From the NCBI GenBank assembly GCA_030265395.1, contig JARFYF010000052.1:58397019-58461018 (forward strand): 64,000 nt of DNA. The letters run 5' to 3'. Positions 48,696 through 61,689 of this stretch are shown piece by piece (the stretch's first letter is position 1; each line of letters begins with the position of its first letter). The DNA comes from Rhina ancylostomus. Lineage: Eukaryota. Below the pieces are notes generated by a model. The model was not told the DNA's origin and did no database searches. It saw nothing but the letters and a program-made list of their open reading frames with translations. Both the position numbers and the translations under genes were made by a program.

Positions 48696-48895
48696 TATTG
48701 ATGGCAAATATTACCAGATCATTAGTCTTGATTAAATATGTTACATAAACGTATTTTGACTCTTCTATTTTGACACAAAGCAGCATGTTTGTTAGTTTTG
48801 GATAGCTGGCTTTGCTAAGTCTGACATACAAGACTTGATTTTTGTTCATTGTATGGGGTAGGGCCATACAGTCCTATTAGTCTGTTCCACCATTT

Positions 48896-48901
48896 AATAA
48901 A
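48896..48901 (+). terminator. PDCL2: Candidate PDCL2 polyadenylation signal
   Basis: First AATAAA about 200 nt after the stop codon; an ATTAAA lies at 48731. Confidence 0.45.
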
Positions 48902-50369
48902 ATAAGAGGATTATCTGTACTCCAACTCTACCTACCCCCTTTTGTTCCATATCCCTCAACATCTTTACCAAACATCTTAGGTTAACATCTCATCACAATG
49001 AGAGTAATTCCATCAGTACAGTACTTCAATAATGCATAGGAACTGTCAATATGATCAATTCTCTGGGAATAACAACTGAATGCACAAATTAATGGCCCAA
49101 AGAAAAGGCTGAAACCAATGCTGCACTGTGATGTTAACACTTAACATCATCTAGGACGGTATACAGAGGGTTGGTAAGGGGGAGGAGAAGTGGGGGGAAT
49201 ATTGCCTGGTTATTGTTTTCCATATTCCAAAAAATTAAATTGGTTCCCAGCAAATTAGAATTAACAGATGAAATTGATTGGGCTTGCAACATTTACACAT
49301 CCAATCAAATTTCCATTAGTAGTGCATGATTTTCTTACAGTACTTTTAAATTCAATTCATCATGCAAAAACTACAAGCAGTACATTTGTGGGTGGAGAGA
49401 CTGATGGAGACTTAAAGCAGAAAATGATTTGGAGTGGGAACAGGCTTGGTGATAGTTAATATGCAATGAGTGCATAAGACATCAAAATTGTGATTGATTT
49501 GGTTTAACCTGATGGAATGACTGGGAAGAGGAATTGTTAGTGGCAAAAAAGAAGAATTTGTGATATGGATTAAAGATTATGTTCTGGGTCTTTCTGAAGT
49601 TGATGTGCAACACAGAAGTCACTGCTGAACATGCATTAATTACATGAAAAATAGGTAGGACATGCATAGGCAGGTTTAAGGGGCTGGATGTCAGAGGAAA
49701 CTCATTGAGAATAACATGGTCAATCATTTTTAACTATATGGAAAAAACTGGGAAAGAAGCTAACGAAATCAAGCACAAAGGATGTTATCCATGATGTTGG
49801 TCAAGGATTGGTTCAATGCGTTATGAAAAAATGGTAGCTATACTGAAGGAATACAAAGAGATATCTGAATGTTGCAAAGACAATGAGAGGTACAATGCAT
49901 CCGGAGAGATGAGGAGTAACACACTAGGGAAGGGCAAACAAGGCAAGGCAATACACAACAAATGTTGGAAATACTGAGAAGTGGAGAGGAATACAGGGAT
50001 TATGGATTGCCTATCCACAGATCTCTGGCTAGCAGATAAGATGGATAAAGCACTTTTAATGTCTTCCCTCTGACATATTTCTCTCACTGCTTCTGTCATA
50101 TAACTTCAGANNNNNNNNNNNNNNNNNNNNNNNNNNNNNNNNNNNNNNNNNNNNNNNNNNNNNNNNNNNNNNNNNNNNNNNNNNNNNNNNNNNNNNNNNN
50201 NNNNNNNNNNNNNNNNNNNNNNNNNNNNNNNNNNNNNNNNNNNNNNNNNNNNNNNNNNNNNNNNNNNNNNNNNNNNNNNNNNNNNNNNNNNNNNNNNNNN
50301 NNNNNNNNNNNNNNNNNNNNNNNNNNNNNNNNNNNNNNNNNNNNNNNNNNNNNNNNNNNNNNNNNNNNN

Positions 50370-51040
50370 AAAAGCTGCAGCTATTATGTCCAAAGTGAGC
50401 AAGAGAGAGTGGACCAACAGTAGCTTGTTGGGGAACACTAAACAGCAAGTCCACATGTCTGTCTCCTTAGTACACCCCTTTGAAATAATGTAGCCAGGAC
50501 AATCATGCAGGGCATGAGAATGGGCAACAGTTTCCACCTTCACTGCCTTAGATGCATCCATGCAGGGTAAGATCACCAACCTAGAAGTCTTAGGTTATGC
50601 CACTTCCATCAGCATACAATCATACTAAACCAATGATGTCTGTGATGGGTTGGTGTGCTCTTTGGATAAACAGCTGGATTCCCAGGGTCATTCCATAGAG
50701 TGAACTTGCCACCGAATCACGATTTGCTGAACATCTACAATTCTGCTGCATGGACAACTGTACGTGAGATATGAAGATGGCAGACATTGACACTGACAAC
50801 TGGGAGAAAGTCTCCTCCTCTGGAGGCTGACTTTTCAGGAGGAAGAGATGCAGAGAAATGAAAAGCACAACTGGCTGAGAGTACAGCCCAGGGAAAACAA
50901 ATGCAAGAAAGTTTTGTATTTTCTCAGTCCACAGTCTTCATCTGCAGATAGTGCAGCAGACACTGCCATACCAGACTGGGGCTGCTGGACCACACACGAT
51001 GATGTTTCCCATGGAGTTGACCAACAAGACACAAATTAGT
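50370..51040 (+). mobile_element. Decayed RTE-type LINE fragment
   Basis: aaagctgcagctattatgtccaaagtgagcaagagagagtgg...gcagacattgacactgacaactgggagaaag...CRGLCSTHDDVSH-like C-terminal segment. Confidence 0.45.
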
Positions 51041-51149
51041 GCTTGACAGGATGGAATGCTGCCAAATCAATGTCTTCACAAATGCATTGAGCCACAGCAT
51101 ATCCAGAGGTAGTGTTTTATTCTGCAAGCCAGCATCCTTAGACCGAGGG

Positions 51150-51480
51150 TGGCATGGTGGCACAATAATGCCTCACAGCTCTGGGGATTTGGGTTTGATT
51201 CTGGCCTTTGGGTACTTCTGTGTGGAGTCTTAATGTTCTCCGTATAACTGCATGGATTTCTGCCAGGTGGTCTGGTGTCCTCCCACATCCCAAAGATGTG
51301 CTGGTAGCCTACTGTAAATTAACACTTCGTGTAGGTGAGGAACAAAACAAAGCAGATTTGATGGGTATGGGAAAGAGAGGAAGTTGCAGAGCTTCAGGGA
51401 AATAGAGAGGGGAGAATGGGAGTGTTGGGAGCTGGCAGGGATTTGATGATCCCCCGTGTGGACTCCTTCTGTGTCACATT
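51150..51480 (+). mobile_element. V-domain SINE
   Basis: ggcatggtggcaca...tgcctcacagctc head and V core. Confidence 0.7.
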
Positions 51481-52384
51481 AAGTAATTGTATCTACTTGC
51501 ATGACAAGATTTCAAGCTGGTAGACTGAATGCATCTACAATAATGTTGCAATATTCTAAAGGCATATTACTTGACTTTCCTGATAATGACAGAATAGAAC
51601 CTTCATCATCCACTACATAGCTTCTTTCTTGCAAAGTGAAACACAAATAACATCATTAGACACCACTAATGAATGATAACTGTACATATTGGCTAGTAAC
51701 TTAAGAGTTTTCCTGATCTCCCTACAGGATTTAGCATTTAATTAACTTTTTGAACAGTTTGAGACAGAGGTTGAGCTCAAGCAGGGTTCTGTCTCTTTGT
51801 CAGATTTGCTTGGATTTGGTAGTTTCCTTCCTGAAGTCTGCACTGGACCTAATTGATCCAATGGCTTACCATCCAGACTTGGGGAGATCATTTAATCCAC
51901 ATGAACACTTTGGATTTCACTAATTTCAACTAAATATCTCTTGCTTCTGCAAATATCTTTGATGGTTCCTATATCCCATCTGTGTGAAATCAAATTGCAA
52001 AGTGGACTAAGGATATAAATATGCCTGTTTTTGTTGAATCTGTCTGATTCATGTCATAGTTATGTTTTTGATTCAACTTTGTTGAATGAGGCTCAGGAGT
52101 GTTCTCCTCTTCATTAAGAGTTCTTAACTACATTGTTTTATTGTTTGGACTTGTTCTGTACTTCAGCAAGCAATGTTTCATGCTGAGTATTGAATTTCCC
52201 TGTGACGGTCAAGAGCTTCCTTAACTAATGTGAATGACCGACTTCTCAGCTGCTCCATTTGAAACCTGATGTGAGGAAATGAGACTATGCTTGATAACAC
52301 TCTGTTTCATAATGCTTGTCAGAAATGAGCTCTTCAGGAAAGGTACAGCGGGCACATATAGAACTTAAATCATTGATAGTACAT

Positions 52385-53104
52385 GAGAGGGTTGAGAGCT
52401 TCAAGTTCATGGGAGTTAACATCACCAACAGCCTGTCCTGGTCAAATCACGCAGATGCCACAGCCAAGAAAGCTCACCAGCACCTCTACTTCCTCAGGAG
52501 GCTAAAGAAATTTGGTATGTCCCCTTTGACACTCACCAANNNNNNNNNNNNNNNNNNNNNNNNNNNNNNNNNNNNNNNNNNNNNNNNNNNNNNNNNNNNN
52601 NNNNNNNNNNNNNNNNNNNNNNNNNNNNNNNNNNNNNNNNNNNNNNNNNNNNNNNNNNNNNNNNNNNNNNNNNNNNNNNNNNNNNNNNNNNNNNNNNNNN
52701 NNNNNNNNNNNNNNNNNNNNNNNNNNNNNNNNNNNNNNNNNNNNNNNNNNNNNNNNNNNNNNNNNNNNNNNNNNNNNNNNNNNNNNNNNNNNNNNNNNNN
52801 NNNNNNNNNNNNNNNNNNNNNNNNNNNNNNNNNNNNNNNNNNNNNNNNNNNNNNNNNNNNNNNNNNNNNNNNNNNNNNNNNNNNNNNNNNNNNNNNNNNN
52901 NNNNNNNNNNNNNNNNNNNNNNNNNNNNNNNNNNNNNNNNNNNNNNNNNNNNNNNNNNNNNNNNNNNNNNNNNNNNNNNNNNNNNNNNNNNNNNNNNNNN
53001 NNNNNNNNNNNAATTGACCTGTACGATCGATCGGTCTGCAAGACAAGTTTTTCACTGTACCTCGGTACAAGTGACACTAATAAACCAATACCAATACCAA
53101 TACC
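52385..53104 (+). mobile_element. Rex1/Babar-type LINE 3' fragment (gap inside)
   Basis: ERVESFKFMGVNITNSLSWSNHADATAKKAHQHLYFLRRLKKFGMS, and an (AATACC)n tail. Confidence 0.8.
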
Positions 53105-53789
53105 AGAGGTAGTAGTGACTAATGACCATTGCCAAGAAACTGTCCCTCACCAGCCTATCATGCTGTGATATACATTCTCAAAGTGACATGCTATGGCCTT
53201 GCACAAACAAGATTCCAAGCAAGTGGTCACAGGAAAAAAAGTTTGGTGCTGCAAACTTACCTAAAACTTGCTAGGTGAAATACATCAATATGCTTCATCT
53301 GTTCTAAATAAGGACTACTAGAGGCTATCCCCAGGTTATGAAGGCCTTACACATGGACACCCCCTACTTCCAAATGAATTTCATAATGATGCAAGTCCAA
53401 TGTATGCACATACATTCACTCTTACGGATGACAGAACTAGTTTCCTCTCTCTCCACTTTTAGTAATTGTTCTTTCTTAACAGTCTTGTGTTTTTGATACC
53501 ATCCATTACAATACGTAGAGGAATGGTGATTATATCAAGTAATTTTTGCGTATTTTCTAACTTAGAGAAAAAATTGACTTATAGACATCTGTAAAAATGG
53601 AACCTGTTCATTATCCACAGATGGCCTGTATCCATATTGCCAATTTATAATGTCTTTAGAAATATTTTGAGGTGCAGCACATATGTTAGAGATAGTGGTT
53701 TATTTTGCAAAGCAGCACGCTTAAACTATTAACAAGTTGAAACTTGAAGCTGGTAGACCGAATGTTCTGGATTGCCTATGCAATGTTAT

Positions 53790-54525
53790 GTTAATGAGAA
53801 GCAGCCACACCATAGTGGTCAAGAAGGCACATGAACTATTTTCCCATATAGGCCAATGCAAGGTACAATAGGGTCAAAATAGAAATATCTAAAACATTAG
53901 CTGGGACACAGCTAGAGTGGTTGGCATTGTTACAGTCACAATGTTACAGGGAAGGACATGATAACAGTAGATGCAGAAGAAATTTTATAAGGATGTTTTT
54001 AGAACTGGAAAATGTTAGTCATGGTCTCCTTATTTAGGAAAGGATATACAGGTATTGAAGGCAGTCCAAAAGAGATTCACAAGGCTAATTCTCAGGATTG
54101 TGAAGGTTGTCCTATCACAAGTGGCTGAAGAAATTAAATCCTTATTTTTTGGAGTTTAGAAGAAAGAGGGGTGATCTTATTGAAAAATTTAAGATTAATA
54201 GGGGGCTTAACTGGGTAGATTTTAAAAATATTTTCACAAGTGGAAAATCTCAAAAGAAGGGACAAGATTAGTGGGGCACAGAAGCTTCTCGCAGAGGGTG
54301 GTTAATCTCAGAAATTCTCTACCCCAGAAGATTTTGCACACTAGAGCATTGGGTGTATTTGAAGAGGAAGTAGATAAATTGCAGAAAGATAAGGGAATTG
54401 AGGGCTGTAGGAAAACTGGCATGGAAAGCAAAATGAGGCCTGGGCAGATCAGCCATGATAAGATTGAATGATGGGACAGGTGTGAAGAGCCAAACTGCCT
54501 ACTTTGCTCCTATTTCCTTATGTTC
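53790..54525 (+). mobile_element. Decayed CR1-type LINE fragments
   Basis: tggtctccttatttaggaaaggatata...ggagtttagaagaaagaggggtgatcttattgaa...ttctcgcagagggtggttaatctcagaaattctctacccc. Confidence 0.75.
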
Positions 54526-56029
54526 TACTGATCTGAGATTGTTTCCTGAGAACAAAGCACACTGAAGGAGGATTCAGCTGAGATGTTCTTCCTAGAGTGA
54601 ATTGGCGAGAAATCAAAAGCCATTGGACATAGATTTAGCTCAATTTGTGAAAGGGTTAAAGGGGAGTAGAGGAAGAAGATTTTTATCTGGAGCAGTAGGG
54701 ATCTGGAACTCATCACCTGAAAGGAGAATGAGATAAAAATCCTCCATAGAAATAAAAAGTACTTGGATTAGCACCTGAGATGTGGTAACTTATAAAGTGA
54801 TGGACCTGGGAAGTTGAATAAGCCCAAATAGTATTTTTTTTGACCAGCATAAACAAAATGAGTCAAATGGCCTTTTCCTATTCTATAAATTTTTGTGATT
54901 CTCTGACACTTGAGCATGATAGTATGTCATCTTAAATTCAAAGATATTTACTTTTACTTTGTATGTAGAAGACAGCTATAAAAAAAACAGGGGAATGGTA
55001 GAACAGCAGTATTTATTGGTCACTTCTGGCAGACTGGTGACAATATCTAAAATCAAACACACAGTGTGGGAAAGGAATTAGAAGTAGGCCAGAAAACTGG
55101 GTGTGCGCAGATTTATTTTCCTGAACAACATGAATCAACCAGTTAATGTTTTAAATTGGATGTTTTAATTACCTTTTGTTGGTGCGCAAAATGTCAGATT
55201 GGGATTCAGAACTCATTACCTCAGCAGTTAGCTACTAAACCCCACCCAATTTTATTGACACCGCAACCACCTCCCTAAACATTGATTCTCTTCACCACTC
55301 CTAAATCCTTGAAGTCTATCACCTGAAACATATTGTCACCATATAATAATAGCATCAGCTGCAAGTTTTCCTCCAAATCACAAATGACCCCAATTTGGAA
55401 AATATAATGCTATTCCTTTATTGTGGTAAGTGAATATTTGGCAATTCTCTATCTAATGACACTGTGGAAGGTAAATGGCCAGCAGCAATTTACCATTCCC
55501 TTCTCAAGGGGAATTTGGGATAGGCAAAATATGCCATTAAAACCTTCATCCTTTGCACAAATAACTTTTTCCCCCTCCCCCAAACCAACCCCACTGCTGT
55601 CCTAACAAGACTTTGTACCCTCTTATTGCAGCTCAGGCTTGAATACGTCTATGTGTTCCTTATGGTATTCTCCAATAAGCCTCTGACATTGCTTCCTGCT
55701 GAACAAAGAAAATTTTGCTGTTATATTGCCCCCAACATTTGGCTACTTTATCTTTCCATTGACTCAACACTCCCTCTGGTGGTTTCCTATTATAAACTCT
55801 ATGGTTAACTCTACTGTATCTAATACTACACAAGACATTTGTAGTTGTTTTGCTTACAACATCTTGCTAACATCCTGAATATTTCTCGTTTCCTCATACA
55901 AGTCATGAACTGATTTAAAACTTCACAGTGGTAATTTTGAGATCAGTCCAAATCCAAAGAAAGATTTTTAACACAAAATAAATCTGTAAATCCACAGATT
56001 ATACAGTGCTTCCCATAAAATATTTTCAT

Positions 56030-56340
56030 AGAGGACAGTAAGAAAACAGACCCTTTGGCCCACTGAGATCATGCCAAAAATCAAAGACATATCTACACTA
56101 ACCACATTTTATTCTCCCCACATTTCCATCAACTACCACTATCACTCACCTGCACACTGAGGTGTCATTTACAGAGGTCAATTAATCTACCAGCCTGTGG
56201 GGTGCAGGAGGAAATTGGAACATCTGGTGGAAACCCACGCAATCACAGGGAGAACTTGCAAACTCCATGTCGACAGTTTCCAGGGTCAGGATTCAACCTG
56301 GATCACTGGAGTTGAGGCAGTAGCTCTACTAGTTATGTGA
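56030..56340 (-). mobile_element. V-domain SINE
   Basis: ggaaacccacgcaatcacagggagaacttgcaaactcc is the reverse complement of the V core. Confidence 0.7.
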
Positions 56341-56522
56341 TTGTATTTCAAACAGAGTGGCACAATTATGCTTTCCTTGTGATGCAAGAAACATAATTGT
56401 GCATTACTTGTTTCTCCCATAAATAACACCCATAACAATTGAGGAAATGGCAGGGAGGGTAATTTTGAAAATTTACTGCAATTTTCAGTAAAATGAAGCA
56501 GCTTTAAAAGCCCAAAATAACA

Positions 56523-57146
56523 TATTGGTATTGGCTTATTATTGTTACTTGTACCGAGGTACAGTGAAAAACTTGTCTTGCATACCGATCGATCGTACAG
56601 GTCAATTTATTACACAGTGCCGTTATATTGAGTTAGTACAGAATGCATTGAGGTAGTACAGGTAAAAACAATAACTACATTGTAAACTGTCACAGCTACA
56701 NNNNNNNNNNNNNNNNNNNNNNNNNNNNNNNNNNNNNNNNNNNNNNNNNNNNNNNNNNNNNNNNNNNNNNNNNNNNNNNNNNNNNNNNNNNNNNNNNNNN
56801 NNNNNNNNNNNNNNNNNNNNNNNNNNNNNNNNNNNNNNNNNNNNNNNNNNNNNNNNNNNNNNNNNNNNNNNNNNNNNNNNNNNNNNNNNNNNNNNNNNNN
56901 NNNNNNNNNNNNNNNNNNNNNNNNNNNNNNNNNNNNNNNNNNNNNNNNNNNNNNNNNNNNNNNNNNNNNNNNNNNNNNNNNNNNNNNNNNNNNNNNNNNN
57001 NAGTTTCTTGTGGTCCTGGGCAGAGCAGTTACTGTACCAAGCCGCGATTCATCCAGATAGGGTGCTTTCTATGGTGCATCGATAAAAGTTGGTGAGTGTC
57101 AAAGGGGACATACCGAATTTCTTTAGCCTCCGGAAGAAGTATAGGT
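56523..57146 (-). mobile_element. Rex1/Babar-type LINE 3' fragment, inverted relative to 52385-53104
   Basis: Both visible ends are reverse complements of 53012-53100 and 52480-52539. Confidence 0.8.
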
Positions 57147-57159
57147 AAACCTAAATAAT

Positions 57160-57690
57160 CAGAAATAAAAACAGAAAATACTGTGAATACTCAGCAAATC
57201 AGGAAGCATTTGTCGAGAGAAGAGCAGAATTGATGTTTCTATGGCTTTTTATCAAAGGTGGGAAAAGTTAGAAATTAAACAAATTCCGTGCTGCAGAGAA
57301 AGTGGGTAAGTGCAGAGAACAAAAGAGAAAGTCTGCGATGGGATGGAAACCAGAAGACCTGTTATGATGGCTCATTGACACCCTTTCTCTCTCCACAGAA
57401 GTTTTCAGATCTGCCGTATTTCCGGCGCATTGTGGTTTTATTTTGTAGACCAAGAGAGATTAAATGACGTGTAGTGGTGGTCCCAGCTAATAAGAGGCTG
57501 GCAAAAGGTTTGCTGGAAAAGGTGCAAGTAGAAGGTTGATTCATTTGCCATCTTTTTGACTGGCTATGCTGAACAGTGGTCGAACCGAAACCTTCTCAGT
57601 TTCTCTCATTAAAACGCCGCCTGACCTGAAGAGTAGTTCCAGCGATTTCTGACTTTAATGTCAGATTTCCAGCAATGGGCAGCATTCTTT
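57160..57690. mobile_element. Cluster of Penelope-like terminal fragments in both orientations
   Basis: 57165-57360 (-), and 57362-57445 and 57570-57690 (+), carry the same terminal motif. Confidence 0.55.
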
Positions 57691-57835
57691 TCAACTTTAC
57701 AATCGCTTAACGCGCCAACAACCAGCAAGGCACAATTTAACAGTGTCGCTGGTAGGGAGCGGGGTGGAGGGTTGGACAAAGTAGTTGCCCTCCGCAAACC
57801 AACTTTTGCAAAAACACTGACAGCGACAAGAAAAA

Positions 57836-57846
57836 TATATAGGTCA
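57836..57846 (+). promoter_or_regulatory. RORE (ROR/REV-ERB element)
   Basis: TATATAGGTCA matches the consensus WAWNTRGGTCA exactly. Confidence 0.5.
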
Positions 57847-58300
57847 GTCCCCACAATGCTGCGCGATTCTCAGCACAGGGCTTTTTAAAGCAACACTCGC
57901 TCTTCGCGGGCAACAAAAATACGAGCTCTCAACCACACTTCATACAGGAAATCCCGCCTCCCCGNNNNNNNNNNNNNNNNNNNNNNNNNNNNNNNNNNNN
58001 NNNNNNNNNNNNNNNNNNNNNNNNNNNNNNNNNNNNNNNNNNNNNNNNNNNNNNNNNNNNNNNNAGACGAGCTCTCACCCACACTTCCTACCGGAACTCC
58101 CGCCTCCCCGTAAAAGAGGGGGGAAAAAAAGACAATGCACTTCAAATGCCAACCATTCATTTGCCTGACTGCCGACCCTCTGCCCTACCTTTGTGGGGAT
58201 GCACTGTGCGCCCGGGCTGCCGCAGCGGCCGCCCTGCCTCCCGCCCGCCCGCCGACCCAGTCCACAGTGGAACGTTGTGTCACAATCACAACAGCAGCAA

Positions 58301-58311
58301 GAACTAGGTCA
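58301..58311 (+). promoter_or_regulatory. RORE-like element
   Basis: GAACTAGGTCA; one mismatch, at the first consensus position. Confidence 0.5.
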
Positions 58312-59829
58312 GTGGAACTCTCCCAGAANNNNNNNNNNNNNNNNNNNNNNNNNNNNNNNNNNNNNNNNNNNNNNNNNNNNNNNNNNNNNNNNNNNNNNNN
58401 NNNNNNNNNNNNNNNNNNNNNNNNNNNNNNNNNNNNNNNNNNNNNNNNNNNNNNNNNNNNNNNNNNNNNNNNNAGGGCGACCGAAGGAAGCCCTCTGATC
58501 CTCGTTGAAAAGTTGCAGCAGGCTTTCGGAAAATGTGCGCGGCTGAAGGGTAACTTGCAATAATAAAATATTATCTTAAAATATTATAGATAGTCTCGGC
58601 TTTCAAGGAGAAAAATATTGAATGGCTAGAAACATCTAACTGTAGATTATATAAGCAATGGATCTTGCAATATAAAATAGAGCTGCAAGGAGTTTCTCTC
58701 GTTCACTGGACATCTTTAAGGCGCAGCAGACTTTTGACATTCGTTTTAACGTGTGACCTGGATCATGATGGGGGTTTGCCTTCGGTGTGTTCCTTTTTCA
58801 ATCGGTGCGGGGGGGGGAAATCACACTTTTTAACTGCGATTTAAATGTTGACATGGGATGCCTGCGCAAGTGGCTGCCCGAGCTGTCAATCACGGCCAGC
58901 TGACGGTGCCATCAGGTTGGGTTGCAGGCGGTGCGTCGGTGTGAAGCGCTGCTGGTTGGCGAGGGCAGCGCCGGGGATGCGGCGGGCTCCGGCAGCGGGC
59001 TGGCGGCTCCCAGGGAACGTCTGAACGGCGGACGATCCGCTCCCCCGGCGAACTCCGTCCCGACGGTAAATGCGGTTCTCCCGGCCGGCGTCATTGCAGG
59101 AGAATCATCATGGGGTGGGCGGGGGTGCGGGCTTGCCTCGACTGTCGGGGGTATGAAGTGAGGGTAGGTGTTCGGTGGGAGGCAGTTTATCTCGGGGGGG
59201 GGGAAGGGAGAGTGTATTAAAAAGCAATTAAAAAAAACAAGACCTGCAGCCGCTGAAATGAATGCAGAAAATGCTGGAAATACTCAGCTTCTTCGGGGAG
59301 ATGTTCATCACAGATGTTGCTTCACGCCTGAATGTTATTCGTTTATCTGGGTATGCCCGTGATTTGTTTTCGTGGGTGACTTTGTGCCCTGGCATCTGTC
59401 TTGTACTTGATTGCCTGTTCTGGCACTCTTGCTCACTTGATGCGGCTCGAACTCCGAGTTGTCAGGATCGCGCAGGGTAAGGTGGTCATCCCTTCCAGCT
59501 GTCAGTGGGAAGAGAGGGCTCTGCTTACAACTTGGGCTTCTGTGTTTGTTCATGCATCCTTTTTGTTTAAAATGCTTTTTTTTTGTCTTGAGAGTGCAAT
59601 TTCTGGCGGAATATTCTTGTCCAAAAATATTGGGCACTTGACTTTACGAGTTGTTGAAAGTTGTTGATTTTCTATATTGTATCTGCAATTGAAAGTCTTC
59701 CAATTCGCTGGTTTAACAAGTGTTGCCAATAATGCTGAATAGACGAAGATTTAAAAGATTCTCCAAGCAAATTGTCCCCATTAAATTTGGCAGCATTTCT
59801 CATGTCTTACATTTTCTTACGGCCTCCTA

Positions 59830-60170
59830 TGTCATTTGCCCCTTTGGGTCGATGCCAACTCGCATAGTCCCATCAATCCCATACTCACACTTATTTCTTT
59901 ATAACATTCTCTCTCGCATACCCATCAACTCCACTTTGATTTTTTTTCCCCTGTCATTAGCTGTATTCTGGGTAATTTGAAGAAGTAAATGGTTAATTGG
60001 CCTGAGTACAATTATGCACCAGCCAGCATATCTTGGAGAAAACTGGAGCACCTGAGGGGCACCATATAGTCATAGGGAGAATGTTCAAACTCCATAGAGC
60101 ACCTGACATTAGGATCAAACCCAGGTTGCTGGAACTGTGAGGCAGCAGCACTACCTGCTATGCCACTGCA
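59830..60170 (-). mobile_element. V-domain SINE
   Basis: Reverse V core plus head ctgtgaggcagcagcactacctgctatgccac. Confidence 0.65.
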
Positions 60171-60504
60171 TTGCCCTCCCCTTCTCTCTTCCCCTCCCCC
60201 CCCACCTGAACTCAACATTATTCAACTCATAATCAGAAATTAATATTTGGTGTCTTGTTCCTGACTATATTTTAATGGTTATTGATATTTTTCCTCGCAA
60301 CTCTAACAATCTTGCTTCAAATGCAAATGCAGGGTGAGTGCAAGTACTTGTATGTTTACTGAATCTATGTAGTTGGATTCCTTCGCACTTTTGCATGTAT
60401 GTTAATTCATTCAATATTAATAACAAAGAACCTTCACTTTTTTGACTGAATCTCAAACATTTTAATTGCTTAATGTTGGAATAGATTTCCTTGCTTGAAT
60501 GTAG

Positions 60505-60588
60505 GTATAAGATAAGATATTTTTATTAGTCACATGTACATCGAAACACACAGTGAAATGCATCTTTTGCGTAGAGTGTTCTGGGGGC
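60505..60588 (-). mobile_element. SINE tail (type B), truncated by a gap
   Basis: ataagatatttttattagtcacatgtacatcgaaacacacagtgaaatgcatcttttgcg. Confidence 0.7.
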
Positions 60589-61689
60589 NNNNNNNNNNNN
60601 NNNNNNNNNNNNNNNNNNNNNNNNNNNNNNNNNNNNNNNNNNNNNNNNNNNNNNNNNNNNNNNNNNNNNNNNNNNNNNNNNNNNNNNNTTTCTGAACAAA
60701 ACTGGGAACCATGAAATGTTAATAGGATTCCTGTAGGCTGGAAGGAAATTGCAATTATTGGTTTCAGAAAAGTGAGCACAGTTTTAGTATTTTCCAAATC
60801 ACTGCAGTTCAATATCATTTTATAAATTTGCCGCTGGACAAACCATCATTCCAACTTCAATGCCCTTTGACGCGTTGATGTGACTCAGCAAGCAAAGACA
60901 TTTCCTAAGGGGCAAGGAATGTTTTTTTTCATTGTGCACATTTACAACTTTGGAACATCAGTTTTTGCCTAGGGGCTTTTATGATTTTTAAAGTGNNNNN
61001 NNNNNCCTTTAAATGTCATTACTGCATTTACTAAGTTCAAATGCTCTCTGGAGATAGAATCTAACTTTGGAAAGGAAAAATCTATAATTTCAAATTGTAT
61101 TGCTGGATACTTGTTCACAGGAATGGGACTGATGTCATGGGTGTTATTAGAAGACTCATATGTAATATAATATCACTGTTCCATAAAATATCATATTAAA
61201 GCCCTTTAGACTCTTATAACTTTCTTAACATTTATTTTTGTCAGGTTGACTTTTATTGCTTGTATCTAGTTATCTTAGAGTAGATGGTAGTGGGTTCTCT
61301 TGAAGAGCTGCAGTCTGTTATGTTATTANNNNNNNNNNATTAATGCTGGTGTATTATAGAAGTAGTCAAATATTTTCCCTCATTTCTTCCCCCCCCATAC
61401 AGTAAAAAGTGAGCTTAGCATGCAGTTGCTCATAGTTAAATTTTCAAGATTTCTTGTGTAAAACTGCACTCCAATTTTCTGCTGCCTTGAAATTTTCTAA
61501 TTTGTTTACCTTCAAATGTGCGATCAAATTACTTTCTGTTAATATTATGATGATGTCTTATGTCATTGAAATACAAAATTGTTATCACAAAGGTGGTTGA
61601 AAGATGAACATGCCTAGCAACACAACATTCCAGGGTATAGAATCTTTCAGGTGTGGTGATGGGAACTGGCAGTGATGTAGGTGGTGTTG

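Larger units (their letters stand above)
57600..59500 (+). promoter_or_regulatory. CpG island; probable promoter and non-coding first exon(s) of CLOCK
   Basis: Sharp rise in GC and CpG, several GC boxes (CCCGCC), ETS-like CCGGAA, two RORE-like motifs, and candidate donors at 58550, 59066 and 59477. The CLOCK identity rests only on vertebrate NMU-PDCL2-CLOCK synteny. Confidence 0.7.

Noticed and set aside
58912-59161. Ala/Gly/Pro-rich ORFs in the CpG island
   Set aside because: Expected from high GC content; they do not resemble the CLOCK N-terminus.
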